Source: Geosiphon pyriformis uo1 (lineage: Eukaryota > Fungi > Glomeromycota). From it: a stretch of DNA of 64,000 nucleotides. The position numbers were made by a program, and so were the translations under genes. Below are positions 12,226-25,900 of the stretch, in pieces. The stretch is taken from NCBI GenBank assembly GCA_016748015.1, contig JAAOMT010000295.1:62001-126000 (forward strand), read 5' to 3'. The notes beneath the pieces were generated by a model. The model saw nothing but the letters and a program-made list of their open reading frames with translations, made no database searches and was not told the origin of the DNA. The first letter of the stretch is position 1. Each line of letters begins with the position of its first letter.

Positions 12226-15049
12226 TAAAAAAATTATCCACCTAAACTATGTCATATTGCATAATATATTGAAAACAATAGATAAGTTAAGCAGATTATT
12301 CACGATCCCTTGAAGAAAATGTTCATTCATTATTTTCCTTTTAAATCATAAGGAGTTTCATTTATAACACATCCAATTTTGGAAGAAGATATGATGATAA
12401 TTTTTTTACCCAGGTGAAATCAATTCAAATATTACTTTATTTAACTTTGTCGGAATTTAGGAAAATAAATGTTTACATTCTAATAATAAATTTCTACAGA
12501 TATACGAATTAATAAAAAAAAGGTTGAAATAAATTTTAAATAGTTTTATCAGTTATTGTTTTGATAAACAAAATATTAATTGTTAATTGTTTTAATTTTG
12601 AGATTCTTCTGATTAAAAAATTTTTACTTTTTTTTAAAATAACACAGTCTTAAAAATTTTTAGTTAAAAGAAAGCATAAATAATTTTTTATTGAAATTAT
12701 CATTAAAAAAAAAGGAATAAATTTTAAATATCATTACTATTTTAAATAAAATAAAATTCTTTATAAATAATTTGTTTGAAAAATAAAATTTTGAGAAAAT
12801 TCCCTTAAAATTTATATTTATCTAAAAATCTTCAATTTGCAAAGAATATTTATTTCTAAACTATATTTTATAATAAAATTTTGATAGATAGGTTTCAAAT
12901 ATGTTTTTAACCTCAAAATAAGTTTGAATTCCAAATTTGTTGATCAATAATTGAGAGGTGTATTTTTGTATCAAATATTTAACAGAGTTTAAATAATATT
13001 TGATTTTAAAAGAATACAAGTTGAGTTTTGAAAATATAAAAATATTTTTCTCTCTTGATATTATATTAAACCTAACTAAAATGGGTGGGTATGCAAACAA
13101 TAAGATTAATCGCGAGGAAAATATAAAAAAAAGTTTGAAACAAATTTAAAATTATAATATATAAACATAATAAGGTAAAGAGATATTCTTATTAAAACAT
13201 TGAAAGATCAAAAAATTTATTCTCAAAACCATGTTTATCGTTAAGGCTTTTAATTAAAAAATTTTATATGCAAATGTAAAATGGAAATTTGAATGTTTTA
13301 ATCGAAATGTTTTTTAATTGATGAATGTTTTCAAATTTTTGAAAAATAAATTTCTAAAATATGAAAAAGTAAAATATTTTAAATTATATCAGGTAAAAGA
13401 GGGTATTTAGGTGAACAGATTATTGTGGCAAAGTTAGAAAAATAATTTCGCGTGCGAGAAATAAGAGGCGTAAAAGTATGTCATTTTCTCACTTGAACAA
13501 ATAAAATTTTTTTATCAGAACCCTGAACAAAAAAAAACGAAAATATAATATTTTTTAATTTAAGTTCAAAATTAATTTAAAATTTATGAATAAATTTTCA
13601 GAGAGAAAACTCTAATTTTTTATCAAAGAATTGACTTAAAAAACTAAAGGTATAAATATTTATGTGATGATTTAAAAGGATGCATTTTATAGGATTCAAA
13701 AAATCCATTAAAAATTTTATTTTATTCACATTTAAAAAATTAATGCAATGTAATCTTTTCATGAGCAAAATTTAGTACCAATTTCAAACTCAATTTAAAA
13801 GCTTAAATTCATTTTTAGTTGTCTTTACTATGCAAAAGTTATTCAAATGATGCTATTATGTTATTCATTTCTAAAGAAATTGGATTAAATCTACAAAAAT
13901 AAATTTTAAGTTATTTCTAATAGAGCTTTAAGAAACTAGTTAAAATAACAATTTTTCGAATTGAAGAAATTTAGGAAATATTTTTTGCTGAAATTTTATC
14001 GAGATGAATATAGAAAAAATTTGTCAAGATAAAAAATAAAAACTAAATTTTTTCAAAATTTTTTTGTTTATTGAATTAAAAATAATAAATTTTTAATAAA
14101 TCAAAAACATGTTTTATTTTGTCGAATTTGAAATTTGCATAATGTTTTTTCACATTTCGAAACCACAAATATTCAATCAATATTGGGGTTACTGAACATG
14201 GCAAAAGGACAATTATTAATTTTTTTCTCAAAATTGCTGAAAAAGGAAATTACAAGTATAAATAACTTATACCCTAATAGCAACAATTTAAGATTTTCAA
14301 ATTCGTTTTGATTAATTATACATTTGTACAAATTATAGTGCAATAACTAGAATCTATTTCTTTTAAAAGTTTTCAGTTGTTCCAAAAATTCCAGATATCT
14401 TTTTTTACAATATAATTCTTAAATTTTTGTTCAATTTTTGAAAAATAAAGTATACTTCTCACTACTTATACTGAATCTGTTAATTTATTGATTTCTGCAT
14501 CAATTTTTTAATCTAATTCGTTTTTAAATGAGATATTAATTGAAAATTAAACCTTGAACCCTTAATTTCAAGATTGTGACAAAAATTAATCTGTATACAA
14601 GCTATTAAATTTTAATTTTTGACACAAATTTTAATATATAAAAATCAATCGATCTTATTCGGAAAAAAAATTTGAATTAAACAAGTTTTTTACATGTTAA
14701 ATATTTATATATTGCTTAAAACTGTTTTTAAACCAATATTATACTTTTATTTAAGAAAATTATTATTAATTATTAAAAATAAAAAATATTTAACTTTTTG
14801 TCTAAAATGATTTAAAATATTATATTTTTATAATATAAAATCATTTTTATCGCTAAAATTTTATGAACTATTGTAATTAGTTAATTAATATTCTATTTTG
14901 TAGCACTTTCTGAGAAATTGAATTTCTTTGGAATAAAATACTGGACTTATAATAAATCATATGAAATAATTTGAATAATTAAGAATCCACTCTATATTTT
15001 ACTTAATAATAAAATAATAACTTTTATATTAAGGGTTTTTACTATTCTT

Positions 15050-15415
15050 AGATTCCATAGACACGTTTAAAGAATATCAATGAAATCGCTAAAGGAGGTT
15101 TCATAAAGCAAAATAAATTGATGAATTGATTGCTTTTAGATAACATAAAACATCATGGTAAATTGAATATTAAGAAACAAAACTAATTCAAAGTGCCAAT
15201 AAACTTTATTAAAATATCTTTGCAGAATAGTAATAAATTTTTTAAAGAGGTATATTTTTATTGATTTAAATTTATTTTATATGGAGATGTGCGAAAATCT
15301 TTGGAGATTGATGGGCTATAGTTGTTGGGCTTCATGAAATTCATTCTGTTAGTATGGCTCATTGTGACAATATTTTACATAATAGAGATTGGGTAGGAAT
15401 TTAAAACCTCGGATT
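15050..15415 (+). pseudogene. Heavily deleted protein kinase (TKL-like) relic
   Basis: Fragments IP*TRLKNINEIAKGGF, FFKE|GT splice donor, GDVRK and GLHEIHSVSMAHCD parallel the neighbouring kinase. Confidence 0.65.
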
Positions 15416-15729
15416 AAATTAAATTAAACTTTGAGCGAATATTATGTTTTTAGGTGTGAGTGAATACATTATAATAAATTGATAAAGGAAGGAAAAGAAT
15501 TTAATAACATTATCATTAATATAATTAAAATTAAAATATAATAAAGGTTATCTAGAATGTATTCTTTATGAAAAGATCCATTAAATGTTAAAATTAATAT
15601 TATTAGAGTTTAACAATGATTATTATAAATAGGAAATGAAGATAACCGATCACGATTAGATTCATTAAGACTCGTCTAAATATAGCATATTCATAAAATT
15701 ATATTCTTTGATTTTGTTTAAATTCTTAC

Positions 15730-16980
15730 CTTTAGAGAGAAACACAAATTCTTTTAAGATAGTAATATAACATTTCTTTTGTGTATTTGTCTAATTCTTT
15801 AAACTGTATTACTTCAGGGCTCTCAGTTTTAGATTTTTCATCTGTAGACTTCGAATATATCCCCGAAAGTTCACACAACTTTTGGTAAACTTCAAAAGCA
15901 ATAGGAGGATTCTCAGGATTAATATCCTAACACTTTACAATTATTTCAGCGATACAAGGTAGAATAAGTGGGGAGGTAATTTTAGGTCTTTAACCATTCA
16001 AAATATTCAATATAAGAAGGTGGTTATGAGAACGATCATGAAAAGAAGGCATTCCTATTGCTAATTCCCATAATAAAATGGCAAAACTATAAATATCACC
16101 AGCCAAAGTAAACTTTTCTCCTTTTAAAACTTCTGGTGGAGTGTATGGAATCACTCCATATATCTTTTTTTCCTTCGTGTCTTTACCTCTTGTTGTAGGT
16201 TGACATAATCCGAGGTCTCCAATATTCACTTTATATGTTGCTAATTGTAGGATGTTACCTGAGTGTAGGTCACGATTAATCATAGCAGAAGAATGAATTG
16301 AATCAAGTCCATAAGCTATTCTCACTGAGATCATTAATTTTTATATTCCCAATTAGTAGAATGAAAATTTGTTGATAAATATTTTCGCATATCTCCATGT
16401 TCGGCAAACTCCATCACAATTCTATACTCGAGTGTTTTAGCGTTTTGCGTAATCCCAAATATTGAAGAGATATAATATGAGTAGTTACCGTTATTATTAA
16501 TAAACATAGCTCTTTGAATATTTAAATATCAACACAGTGTAAAAAATTAAATAGATAATATATACGGTAAATAAATAATAGGTAAATATGAATTAAATAT
16601 AAAAAAATATAAATTTAACTAATATAGTTTGTTTACCTCTTTAAACACTTCTGAACTGTTAGTTTTTATAATTTTTATTGCTTACTTCTCTGTCTTTTTC
16701 TTCTCTTTTATATTCCATCTTTCATATTCCATTTCACCATGATATTTTTATACTCAATAGATCAATTAATTCATCAGCCCCATGTTGCTTTATAAATTAT
16801 ACCGAATCCTCCTCTAGTAATTTCGTTGATGTTCGACAAAAGCTCCCATGGAATCCATTCATAGTAATTCAATCCACTATTTTTATTATAGTGATTAGGT
16901 GGAATATAAATTAGATTCTTAATTATTTCATCAACTACTTTATTCCCTCTTTTAATTTCTTTATCTTTTATTCACACCAT
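15730..16980 (-). pseudogene. Protein kinase pseudogene (Glomeromycotina-type TKL family)
   Basis: EWIPWELLSNINEITRGGFGIIYKATW, AIKII, EVFKE|gt intron, IFGITQ, IVMEFAEHGDMRKYL, NRDLHSGNIL, IGDLGLC, GVIPYTPPE, DIYSF. Frameshifts near 16775 and 16335; in-frame stops at ~15990 and ~15927. Confidence 0.85.
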
Positions 16981-18572
16981 GAAAAACAAATAATAAAATT
17001 GGAATAGATTATTATTCGAGTGTTGATAAAATAAAGGTTTTTTTTTTGAAAACCTTTATTTGATAGTACGTTTAGAAAGTAATTTTTTAAAGGCCGAGTT
17101 ATTATTTATATTTGTTTCTTCGTGTTCATATAGTTAACAAATCAATTTATTGACATTAAAAAATGTTGTTACTACTAGAAATCATACTAAATAGGTTTAA
17201 GTAACTATAAGTACACAAAGAAAGACGTCCAACAAGTTTCCCATTATCTCATTGTCATTGCCTAAATGAATAGTTCACATTCTTTAAAGAACAATATTAA
17301 CAGCAACAAAACAATAATGATAAAAACACGTTTTAGGCATCGTGTATCACTAATATTACTAGTATCAATATTCTGTAATGGTTTTTATAATTAAAATCGT
17401 TTTTTTTTTTTGAAAGGCTTATCTTTTAAAATAAAATTATAGACATTTTTATAATATAACTATCTTTTAGTTTGCATAGTAATAAAACAGAAAAATCCAG
17501 TTACTTTTTAAATTAACTTCGAATGCTTCAAATCGAAAACTTTCTCTACAAGGCAATATTTACAAACCAATTACTTCGAGAATATCGATTAAGGTTGATT
17601 TTAATTTCAAATTGGTCAGATTAAACTGCTACAATTAATAAGTTTTTCCTTTTAATATATTAAATTCAAGCTCATTTAAATGTTTTAGTTAAAACTTTTA
17701 AATATTTAAAAAATGCATTGTTTTACTTTTATCTTAACAACATAATGGAAAATATTTTAAAAAGATTTAAAATTTCATAGAAATAATACATTATATATAT
17801 ATATATATGTATATATAATCAATAAACTAATTACAATGTTCCTAATTGTTTGTACACTTTCTAATTTAATTTATATATATAATCATTTAATATATTACTT
17901 CAATATTTTTATCTATAAATAAAATAATTAGTATTATTTATATTAATATCTTAATCATTAATGTTAATAAGTAATAGTAATAATTTTTTAAAATTATTTT
18001 TTACCATAAAAATGTATTTTTATAAAAATTTCAATATTATTTATTAATTAAATTAAAAATACTTTAATAAATAAAAATGAATAAAATAATATTTTAAAAC
18101 AAAAAAACAATTATTAAAAATATGGTATTTATAAAATAAATAATTCATACATATAAATTTTAAAGAATAGATTTCTCATTTTAAAAATTTATGAAATAAA
18201 ACGATCTCGAAACCAAAACAGATTATTTCTGGCTAATTAAATGGATTAAGAAATTTGGTAGACATTACAATTTGTTAAAATAAAAAATATATATTAAATT
18301 ATATGAAATATCTTGGTAAAAGGAAGCATTTGATGCTTAAGGTGATTTTCCAAAGATTCAATAGCCTTAAAATTTTCAATATCGATATCAATAATGCTAA
18401 TTAATGAAAAATTGCTTTTCTATTAATGCAAATTGGATTGATTTGAATAATGCCATTTTTATTTGACTTTATAAAATCGAGCTTGAATACACGGTTTCTT
18501 TATAGCAAGTTCTCATTCTTAAGAATTCAATATTAAATTTGTAAATTAGATTAAATTTATAAGTTGAATCAA

Positions 18573-19136
18573 ATGAATCACTTTTTAACTCTTTTCATTT
18601 ATATCCTCACCATTTCTGTTGTTTTAAACCATGTTAATGCCTCTGACCTTTCCTCCAATAAAAATTCCGTTTCCAACACTCAAGATCACGAAAAACGATG
18701 TGCTTCTAAAGTGGGAGCAGCTGGTTGTTCACCTTTCCTTGGTGCTACATTTCCACTAGGCCTTACGACAGGATCTTTCAATCCCTTATATGGATTAGGT
18801 TCCGGATACCTAGGATATGGAATTGGGGGACTACCTTACTTGGGAGGTCTTGGATATGGTGGATATGGTGGATATGGTGGTAGTATGGCTGCAGGTTCTG
18901 CGGCCACCAGAATTGGAAGTTATGGGTTGGGTTTGGGTTATAGTGGTGCCGCTGGTTTGCCAATAATTGGAGCAAGCGGGTGTGGAATTGGGGCATTTCC
19001 ATTAGTTGATGGAATAGGTTGTCTAGATGGTATTATTGGATACCCAGGTGTTGGATTGATTGGACCTCAAAGAGGTGGTTCTTTTGGCACGGCCGCCACT
19101 ACTGGTGCATTTTCTAGAGGTGCTAGTATTGTTTAA
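18573..19136 (+). CDS. Secreted Gly/Tyr-rich protein (putative wall or structural protein), 187 aa
   Basis: First ATG at 18573. Hydrophobic signal peptide ending ...HVNA, polar pro-segment ending KR, then GYG/GLG repeats and 4 Cys. Confidence 0.85.
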   Translation: MNHFLTLFIYILTISVVLNHVNASDLSSNKNSVSNTQDHEKRCASKVGAAGCSPFLGATFPLGLTTGSFNPLYGLGSGYLGYGIGGLPYLGGLGYGGYGGYGGSMAAGSAATRIGSYGLGLGYSGAAGLPIIGASGCGIGAFPLVDGIGCLDGIIGYPGVGLIGPQRGGSFGTAATTGAFSRGASIV

Positions 19137-19594
19137 TTGCTTCAGGTGGGAAAATGTAATTTTTAATAAATAAGTTTTAAATTTAAATAGCATTTTTTCT
19201 TATCGTTGGGAAAGAATTCTCGTAAGCTCAAAATTCGGAAGCTTCGAGATTTTTAAGAAAGATTTTCCAATATGAAAAGATCAATGCTGAATTTTAAAAA
19301 GTTTTTATATATAATTAAAGAATTTTTTATTTAGAACTTCTTTATATTAAAGGAATGCTAAGAACAAATATATGTCGATTAGCAAAGAGAATATAAACTA
19401 TCTAGAAATTAGGTCTAGAAAATATCAAATTTTGAAATTGACTCTTCCAAACTATCGTATATTAGAATTGGATGTTTCGCACCAACAATTAATATCCGAT
19501 ATTAACCCAAGACTATAATATAAACTCAAAACTTAATTCTAATTACTGAGCCAAAGGTTCCCAAGTTACTTAAAAAATGTATCATCAAACCATT

Positions 19595-20018
19595 TTAAAA
19601 ATCAACCGATGTAGAGCCATTTTTAGGTTGCTGTTGAGGTTCGGATTGAGGCTGGGGCTGGGGCTGGGGTTGGTTTAAGGTTTTTGAACAATGGCAGCGG
19701 TCGATTTCTGGAATATCCTTCATAACTTTTAGTTTAGAGCATAAAATAATATATATATATATATAATGGTGCGTTAACAGTTAGTTTGAAAACTCAAGAT
19801 CAAAAAATGGGATGAACTTTTCCTCTGTTAAAGTAGAAAGTTAAAAATATTAACTTACCTGAATCTATATGCTTACCACAACCACGCCAAGTTATTTTTT
19901 GGCAACTTGAGCAGGTGGTTTTCTATAATAAATATATTTTTTTCCGATAAGAATTTTCAATTTATTAATAAAAAATTTCAAGATTTTCAAATAGCCAAGT
20001 TAAACTCACCATACACAT
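19595..20018 (-). CDS. 3-exon 67-aa Cys/His microprotein of CxxC...TWxGCGxH...CxC type, putative metal-binding
   Basis: Exons 20018-20010, 19922-19859 and 19725-19595. Introns GTGAGT..TAG (87 nt) and GTAAGT..ACTAAC..AAG (133 nt). Splices in frame to MCMKTTCSSCQKITWRGCGKHIDSVMKDIPEIDRCHCSKTLNQPQPQPQPQSEPQQQPKNGSTSVDF*. Confidence 0.85.
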
Positions 20019-22299
20019 ATTTGCAATTTAAAGTTCTTCAAAGTTTTTGAGGTTCGAGTTCAATCTTTGAGTTTATAACTCAAATTAAAATGGTTAAGAG
20101 CCTTTTCTAATTTTTTTCAACTTTCAAAAAGAATGGGATTTATTCGTTTTCAGAAAAGAGCCAACATCCTCTAACAAGATCATACCATGTTTATATTTGT
20201 AATCAATATCCTGAAAGAATATTAATTTTGGTATTATGATTGGTTTGTTCTCAATCATGTTGTTCCAATTAGAAATCCTAAAGGATCGACTTTATTTAAT
20301 CTAGTAAAGCCCAAATTTACTTTGTAAAATTAAATTGAGAATCTTTATCCTTTAATCGATCTATTTAACTTCAAAGATACACTGCTATTTAGATTAATAT
20401 TATATCTTTTTGATAAATAATTATCATTTCACCAAGTGGATAGTAATAAATTGCTTTAGGAAAATATACTGTTATATATTTCATTTGAATTACAATCACA
20501 TTTAAATAATAATAAAATATTAACCATCAAAAATATTTTACTAATTTTTAATCAAACAAGAAATGCAATCAATTGAATTTTTGAAATTTGAGCGATATAA
20601 ATGGGTGATCGATGATATTTCTACAGTTATTGAATAGAGGAAAAATGAAATGAATTACATTTCTTTGGTACCATTTTTCAGTCTTTATGGCTTTCCATCT
20701 TTTAAAAAATGTAAAAAATGAATTAATAAAGTATGTTCATAGTAATTTCTTCTTTCTTTGAAACATTGATCATCATAAAAATGCTAAAATTAATTTCGAT
20801 GAGTGAAATTTTCATTTTTTGACTTTTTAACAAAATTGGTATCAGTTTTTTCCAAAAAAAAGCTAAAATTTGTTAACTTTCTTATAAAGATGACATATAA
20901 TATATTTGGTTTTATTCTTGACTTCATTAGAAAATTTTTCATTCTTAATATAGCATAGAATTTTTCGATTATTTTAAAGGTTTTTTCAATAATACATTTG
21001 TAAATGTATTTTTATTTAATAAATCAGAATTCATCAACAAAGATTGATGCATTTTTCAATTAATTTTAAATAGTTTTTAAATTTTTGTAAAACAGTGTCA
21101 GGAAATCTATTACCCAAATACATAAAAAGAAAGGATTAATTTCTGTTGATAGATTGTGTCTCATTTTCTTTGAATAATAGTGTTACATATGAAACCAAGC
21201 TTCTTATATCTATGATATATAAAAGATTGTTTTATAGATTAAAAATAAATATATGTTATACTTGTCTTGAACCAATTTGATGTTGAAAAATTTATAAATT
21301 TCTGATTCATGAAAGTGTTTTTGAATAACATTTATACACTACAAAAATTTATATTAATTTTTAAAAGCTGAATAAATAATTATTATCAGTTTTAATATTG
21401 ATTTCAAGTCTGCCATTTCTTGAAATTTTACAATTTAATTTTTACTGGTTTATTCAGTACTAAGAACTCTAACTACTTCTTTATAAGAATAAATATAATT
21501 CTATTATACCTCTTTTAAAAAGAATGCTTAAATAAGTGATAATTTTTTTCTATTAAAAAAGTAAATTTATTAACGTAATTATTGTTTTTTTTTGTAAATT
21601 ACAATTTAATATATATTAATTAAGTTTCTTAATTGTGTTTTATTTTTTATATTTTTAAATCTAAGATCTGAATAATTTTTTGTTTAACAATTTTATAAAT
21701 AATATTGAAATATATTAATTAACTTAAAAGTATTTTTATTTTTATTTTTATTTATGTAATAATATATTAATATATTTAAATAAAATAAAATTTAAATTTG
21801 TAAATGTTTTTTACATATATAAATATTTAATACAAATAAATTTATTTAATATTTCATGAAAAAAATATTATTATAATTAAAAACTCTTTGTTAATTTTTT
21901 AATTTTTGTAAATTTTATGTCTACAACCAAAAAACCTTTTTTTCGAATATTATAAATAAATAAAAAATTTAACAAAAAAAAAATTAAACAATACAAATTT
22001 AAAACCAGTTTTTTTTTTGAAAAAAGTAGTCTTGATTTAATTATTCAAAATAGGTAACTTATATAACCAATATTAAATTGAATTAAGTAATAGTTTTTGT
22101 GTAATAATAATAATAATAATAATAATTGTTACTTTGTAAAATATTTTAAGAATTTAAAATTTATTAAAACTTGGTATATCATAAGCTCTTTTTTCATTTT
22201 TGATTAAAAGTTTTTTTTTAAATAATACAACAAAACCAGTTTTATTGTTATAATTTAATCTTTTTATTTTTAGTTTTAATAATTATTTATTTATAATCT

Positions 22300-22337
22300 A
22301 ATTGGGCTACACTCGTTAAATGCTTAATAAAAAAAAA
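22300..22337 (+). mobile_element. Isolated LINE 3' terminus with poly(A)
   Basis: AATTGGGCTACACTCGTTAAATGCTTAATAAAAAAAAA matches the LINE-D end GTTGGACTTTGCTCGTTAAAATGCCTAATAAAAA. Confidence 0.6.
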
Positions 22338-22916
22338 TCTAATTAAATATATTAGTTATATTAATTATTAATAATTTATAATTGCTTAATCATTAATTTG
22401 ATTATTAACTTAAATTATGAATTTAATCAATTTTTTTTTTGAAAAATATGTAAAAAAGACTTTTTATAATTATAAAAAAATATTAATTATATTTGATTTT
22501 TTTAATTAATAAAACAAAAATTAATTAATTTAAAACATCATAATTTTTTGTTTTTTTTCTTAATTTGTATATTGTTAAATAATATTAAATAAATAATTAT
22601 TTAATAATAAAAACTATTTTTAAATTTTTAAATTTTTTTAAATAACTAGTAACTGAAATTTAAATTTTATTTATTTATTTTATTTTATAATAATATAATA
22701 AAAAGATATAAAGTTTTAAAATATTATCAATTAAACTTTAAATTAATATATATATAATTCTAAAATTCAATTTAATTTTTCTAATTTATTAAGAAACAAC
22801 TTTTTAAAATCTTGATTATTTATAATAGCAACTCTTTTAATATCCTAAAAACTTTTTTTTAGTACTAATTTTAATGTTTTAAAGCTGGTTTTTTTTTGTA
22901 AGTAATAAAACTTTGA

Positions 22917-25900
22917 TTTTTTTGTTTTTTTTTATTAATATTTAATGAGTAAGATCTAAACACTATTTAATACAATACATTATACAAATAATCTAAATTA
23001 AGTGTGAATTATGTTTTTTCTACATATAACCAGTTACTTAAGTTAACCAAAACAACACTAAGCACCAATATAAACTAAAACCAGATTTCTAATACCTAAA
23101 AAAAAAACTTATACAAACCAAAACTAATACTAAATACATTAACAATACTAAGCAATTTAACTATACTAGCAGACAATACTAAAAACAGTTCAAAAACTAG
23201 AACTAAGACCAAACTATTAGGTAATATTAATCATAAATACATGATATTTAACACAGACAAACCAAATTTTATTTCTAAAATCAAGACAGAAATTCTGCAC
23301 AAAGTTCACAATCTTTAGACATATAATTACAAAACTCTTAAAGACAGAAACAGCCTTCTAAAGCCAATTACTAAAAACAAAGTTCTTGCAAAGAGCTGTA
23401 TATACTGCAGTATTTGAAACACAGAAAGACATCAGCTGAAATACATATAAAAAGAAACAAAAATGACCAAAAAACATCTTCTAAATAGCTACATATGTGT
23501 CTAATAATTAATGATAAACAGAATTATCAACTATGAAAGAAAAAACATGATCTAAGATCTTAATACTACCACAATACAAACATAATACACTGAAATAATA
23601 CTTGTTATATAGGCACTTCCAGATAACAATAGGTAATCAATAATACAAAGTTTTTATAAAGTATGTATAAGCACTAACAGTAAGCCTACTAGTAAAACCA
23701 ATAGCCATATGTAAATTAAGATACTATACTATAGATGAATTAAGCCAATCAACATCTAAGAGCAAGCCATTAACCAGAACTTTAAAGTTGAAACTAACTT
23801 TCTAACATATATAATAGACAGACCAAAAGATTTTATGAACAAAATGTCTAATATTACCAGAAATAATACTATTTTTAGCCATAATGTAACGTTTTTCCAA
23901 TTGAAAAAGAAAGTACTAAGAAAAAAAAAGCATTGTTAGTAAATACATTAGTGCATATATTATTCAAAACACTTAAATGACTCTTTATTTTGTACCAGCT
24001 AACATTTAAATTTTTTCTATAAATAACATTCATGATGTGCTGATGTTTAATCTAATACTGATTTCAAAAATTTGGAGACATTAAACCCAATTCTAATTTG
24101 TATGCATCTAAAACAGCCTAACTATCTGTAAAAAAGTAAACCAAACTAAAAAAAAGATATACTTATAAGTCAATACAATAGTCTGCAGCTTTATCAAGAT
24201 AAAAGACATTAAACCAAAAATTCTAACACTCAAACCAAAGTTTATGTTCTCAAAAAAAACTGCCACACCAGTCTTCATGCTAACTTTTCCCAAATCCTTT
24301 AAAGACCTATCTGTATAAACTAAAAAACTATCAGTATTTATATTTAATAAATAATCACAAGCTAATCCAAACTTATGAGACTTAAGAATACTTAAAAAGC
24401 CAAAAACACTCAAAGAAAAAGAGCATATAGAAAAAAAAACTGCACTATTGAGGAAGTTAACAGAAAGCCTAAACCAGTCAGAAACAGGGCTATGCAAGTC
24501 CAATTTTTTCCAATGCTTAAAGGTTTTCCAATTAAAAATAGCATTATTTTTACTGTAAAATTGGTCCACAAAAGCTATTTCATATTACTAAAGTGAAAAA
24601 AAAAACTTGGAAAATTTAGACTTACCAAGAACAGTCAATATAAGAGTTCTGCCACAAAAATAGAAAAAATTGTTTATATGACTACTCAGAAATAAATTGC
24701 ATTCAAGAAAAATACAAACTACATCTGCCAAAAAATTATTAAAAAAACTAATCTCAATATAAGCTAAGAAAACCAAAAAATGAAGTAGATACCAAGACAA
24801 AACTTGCAAGTTATGAGACTTGTGTAAAAACAAACAACCCAAAATTCCAATAGAGTTTACAAAACACATAACAGAAACCAATTTGTTTTTAGTTTAGACT
24901 TGCTTAAAAGGTTTCAAACCATATAAAAATAAATAATAAAACACATTACTAAGAAAATTGAGAGACAGACTGGATTTTAATTTTAAGCTCTTATAAATTA
25001 AAGCATCTCATTTATTATACACACTAATAAGAATAGAGTTAAATTGTATTCTGTAGCTAACAATAGAATGGAGAACTACTGATACCAAATATGAAAACTG
25101 CTTATCTGAAATGGTTTTTTTTAGAATAAAATTAACAAAAAACCAGACATCTGAACTCGTTTTAGCCAAGCTAAACTTTGACAAACTCTTAATAGACAGA
25201 AAGATACTCAGGTAGTAACAAAATTTTTCTTTTTTGGTAATGAAAATAGGCAAACTGCTAATCAACAAAGAAGGGCATTCAACTCTGCAATTAATAGGAA
25301 TAGTTACTGTTTTGTTATTATTAATTGAGATATCATTAATCTAAAAAAATTCACTAATAATATTAAGAATGTGTTAAATAACAGTTTGGCTATTACTAAT
25401 TCAGATTGTATTGTTAACAAAAACACTAGCAGTAAGAAAAAATGTCAATCCAGTTTAAAATTCAAAATAACTAGTCCTGACAACAAAATAAAAATCAATT
25501 TATATCTATACACACTTTTTTGTCTCTTGATTTTATACAGAAAAGAATCATAAAATATGTGCCAAAAGAGAAGTAAAAACATCTTTTTTTGATTCAAACT
25601 ATTATGTACTTGATATTTATTTGTTAATTCAAAATCAGTTATAACTTTGTTGATACTATTATTGTAAATACTACTAAAAAATTTAATAAATTTGTCACAT
25701 ATTTTTATCTTGACTAAACTTTTCTTAAGATGCTTTTATTTAACAGAATTGTAAGCTTTCTACATATCTTGTAAAACCAGCCAGAGTTTGTAGTTTTTCT
25801 TCAAAACATCTTTAATTATTGAACTAATAGCAAAAATGGGAGATTGAGTTGTCATACTCTTTAAAACTGAAAAATTGTCCTTATAAAAAACATCAAAAAT

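Noticed and set aside
13100-13480. CGCG-containing motifs (TTTCGCGTGCG) resembling E2F/MCB cell-cycle sites
   Set aside because: No downstream gene could be identified; single short motifs are not sufficient evidence
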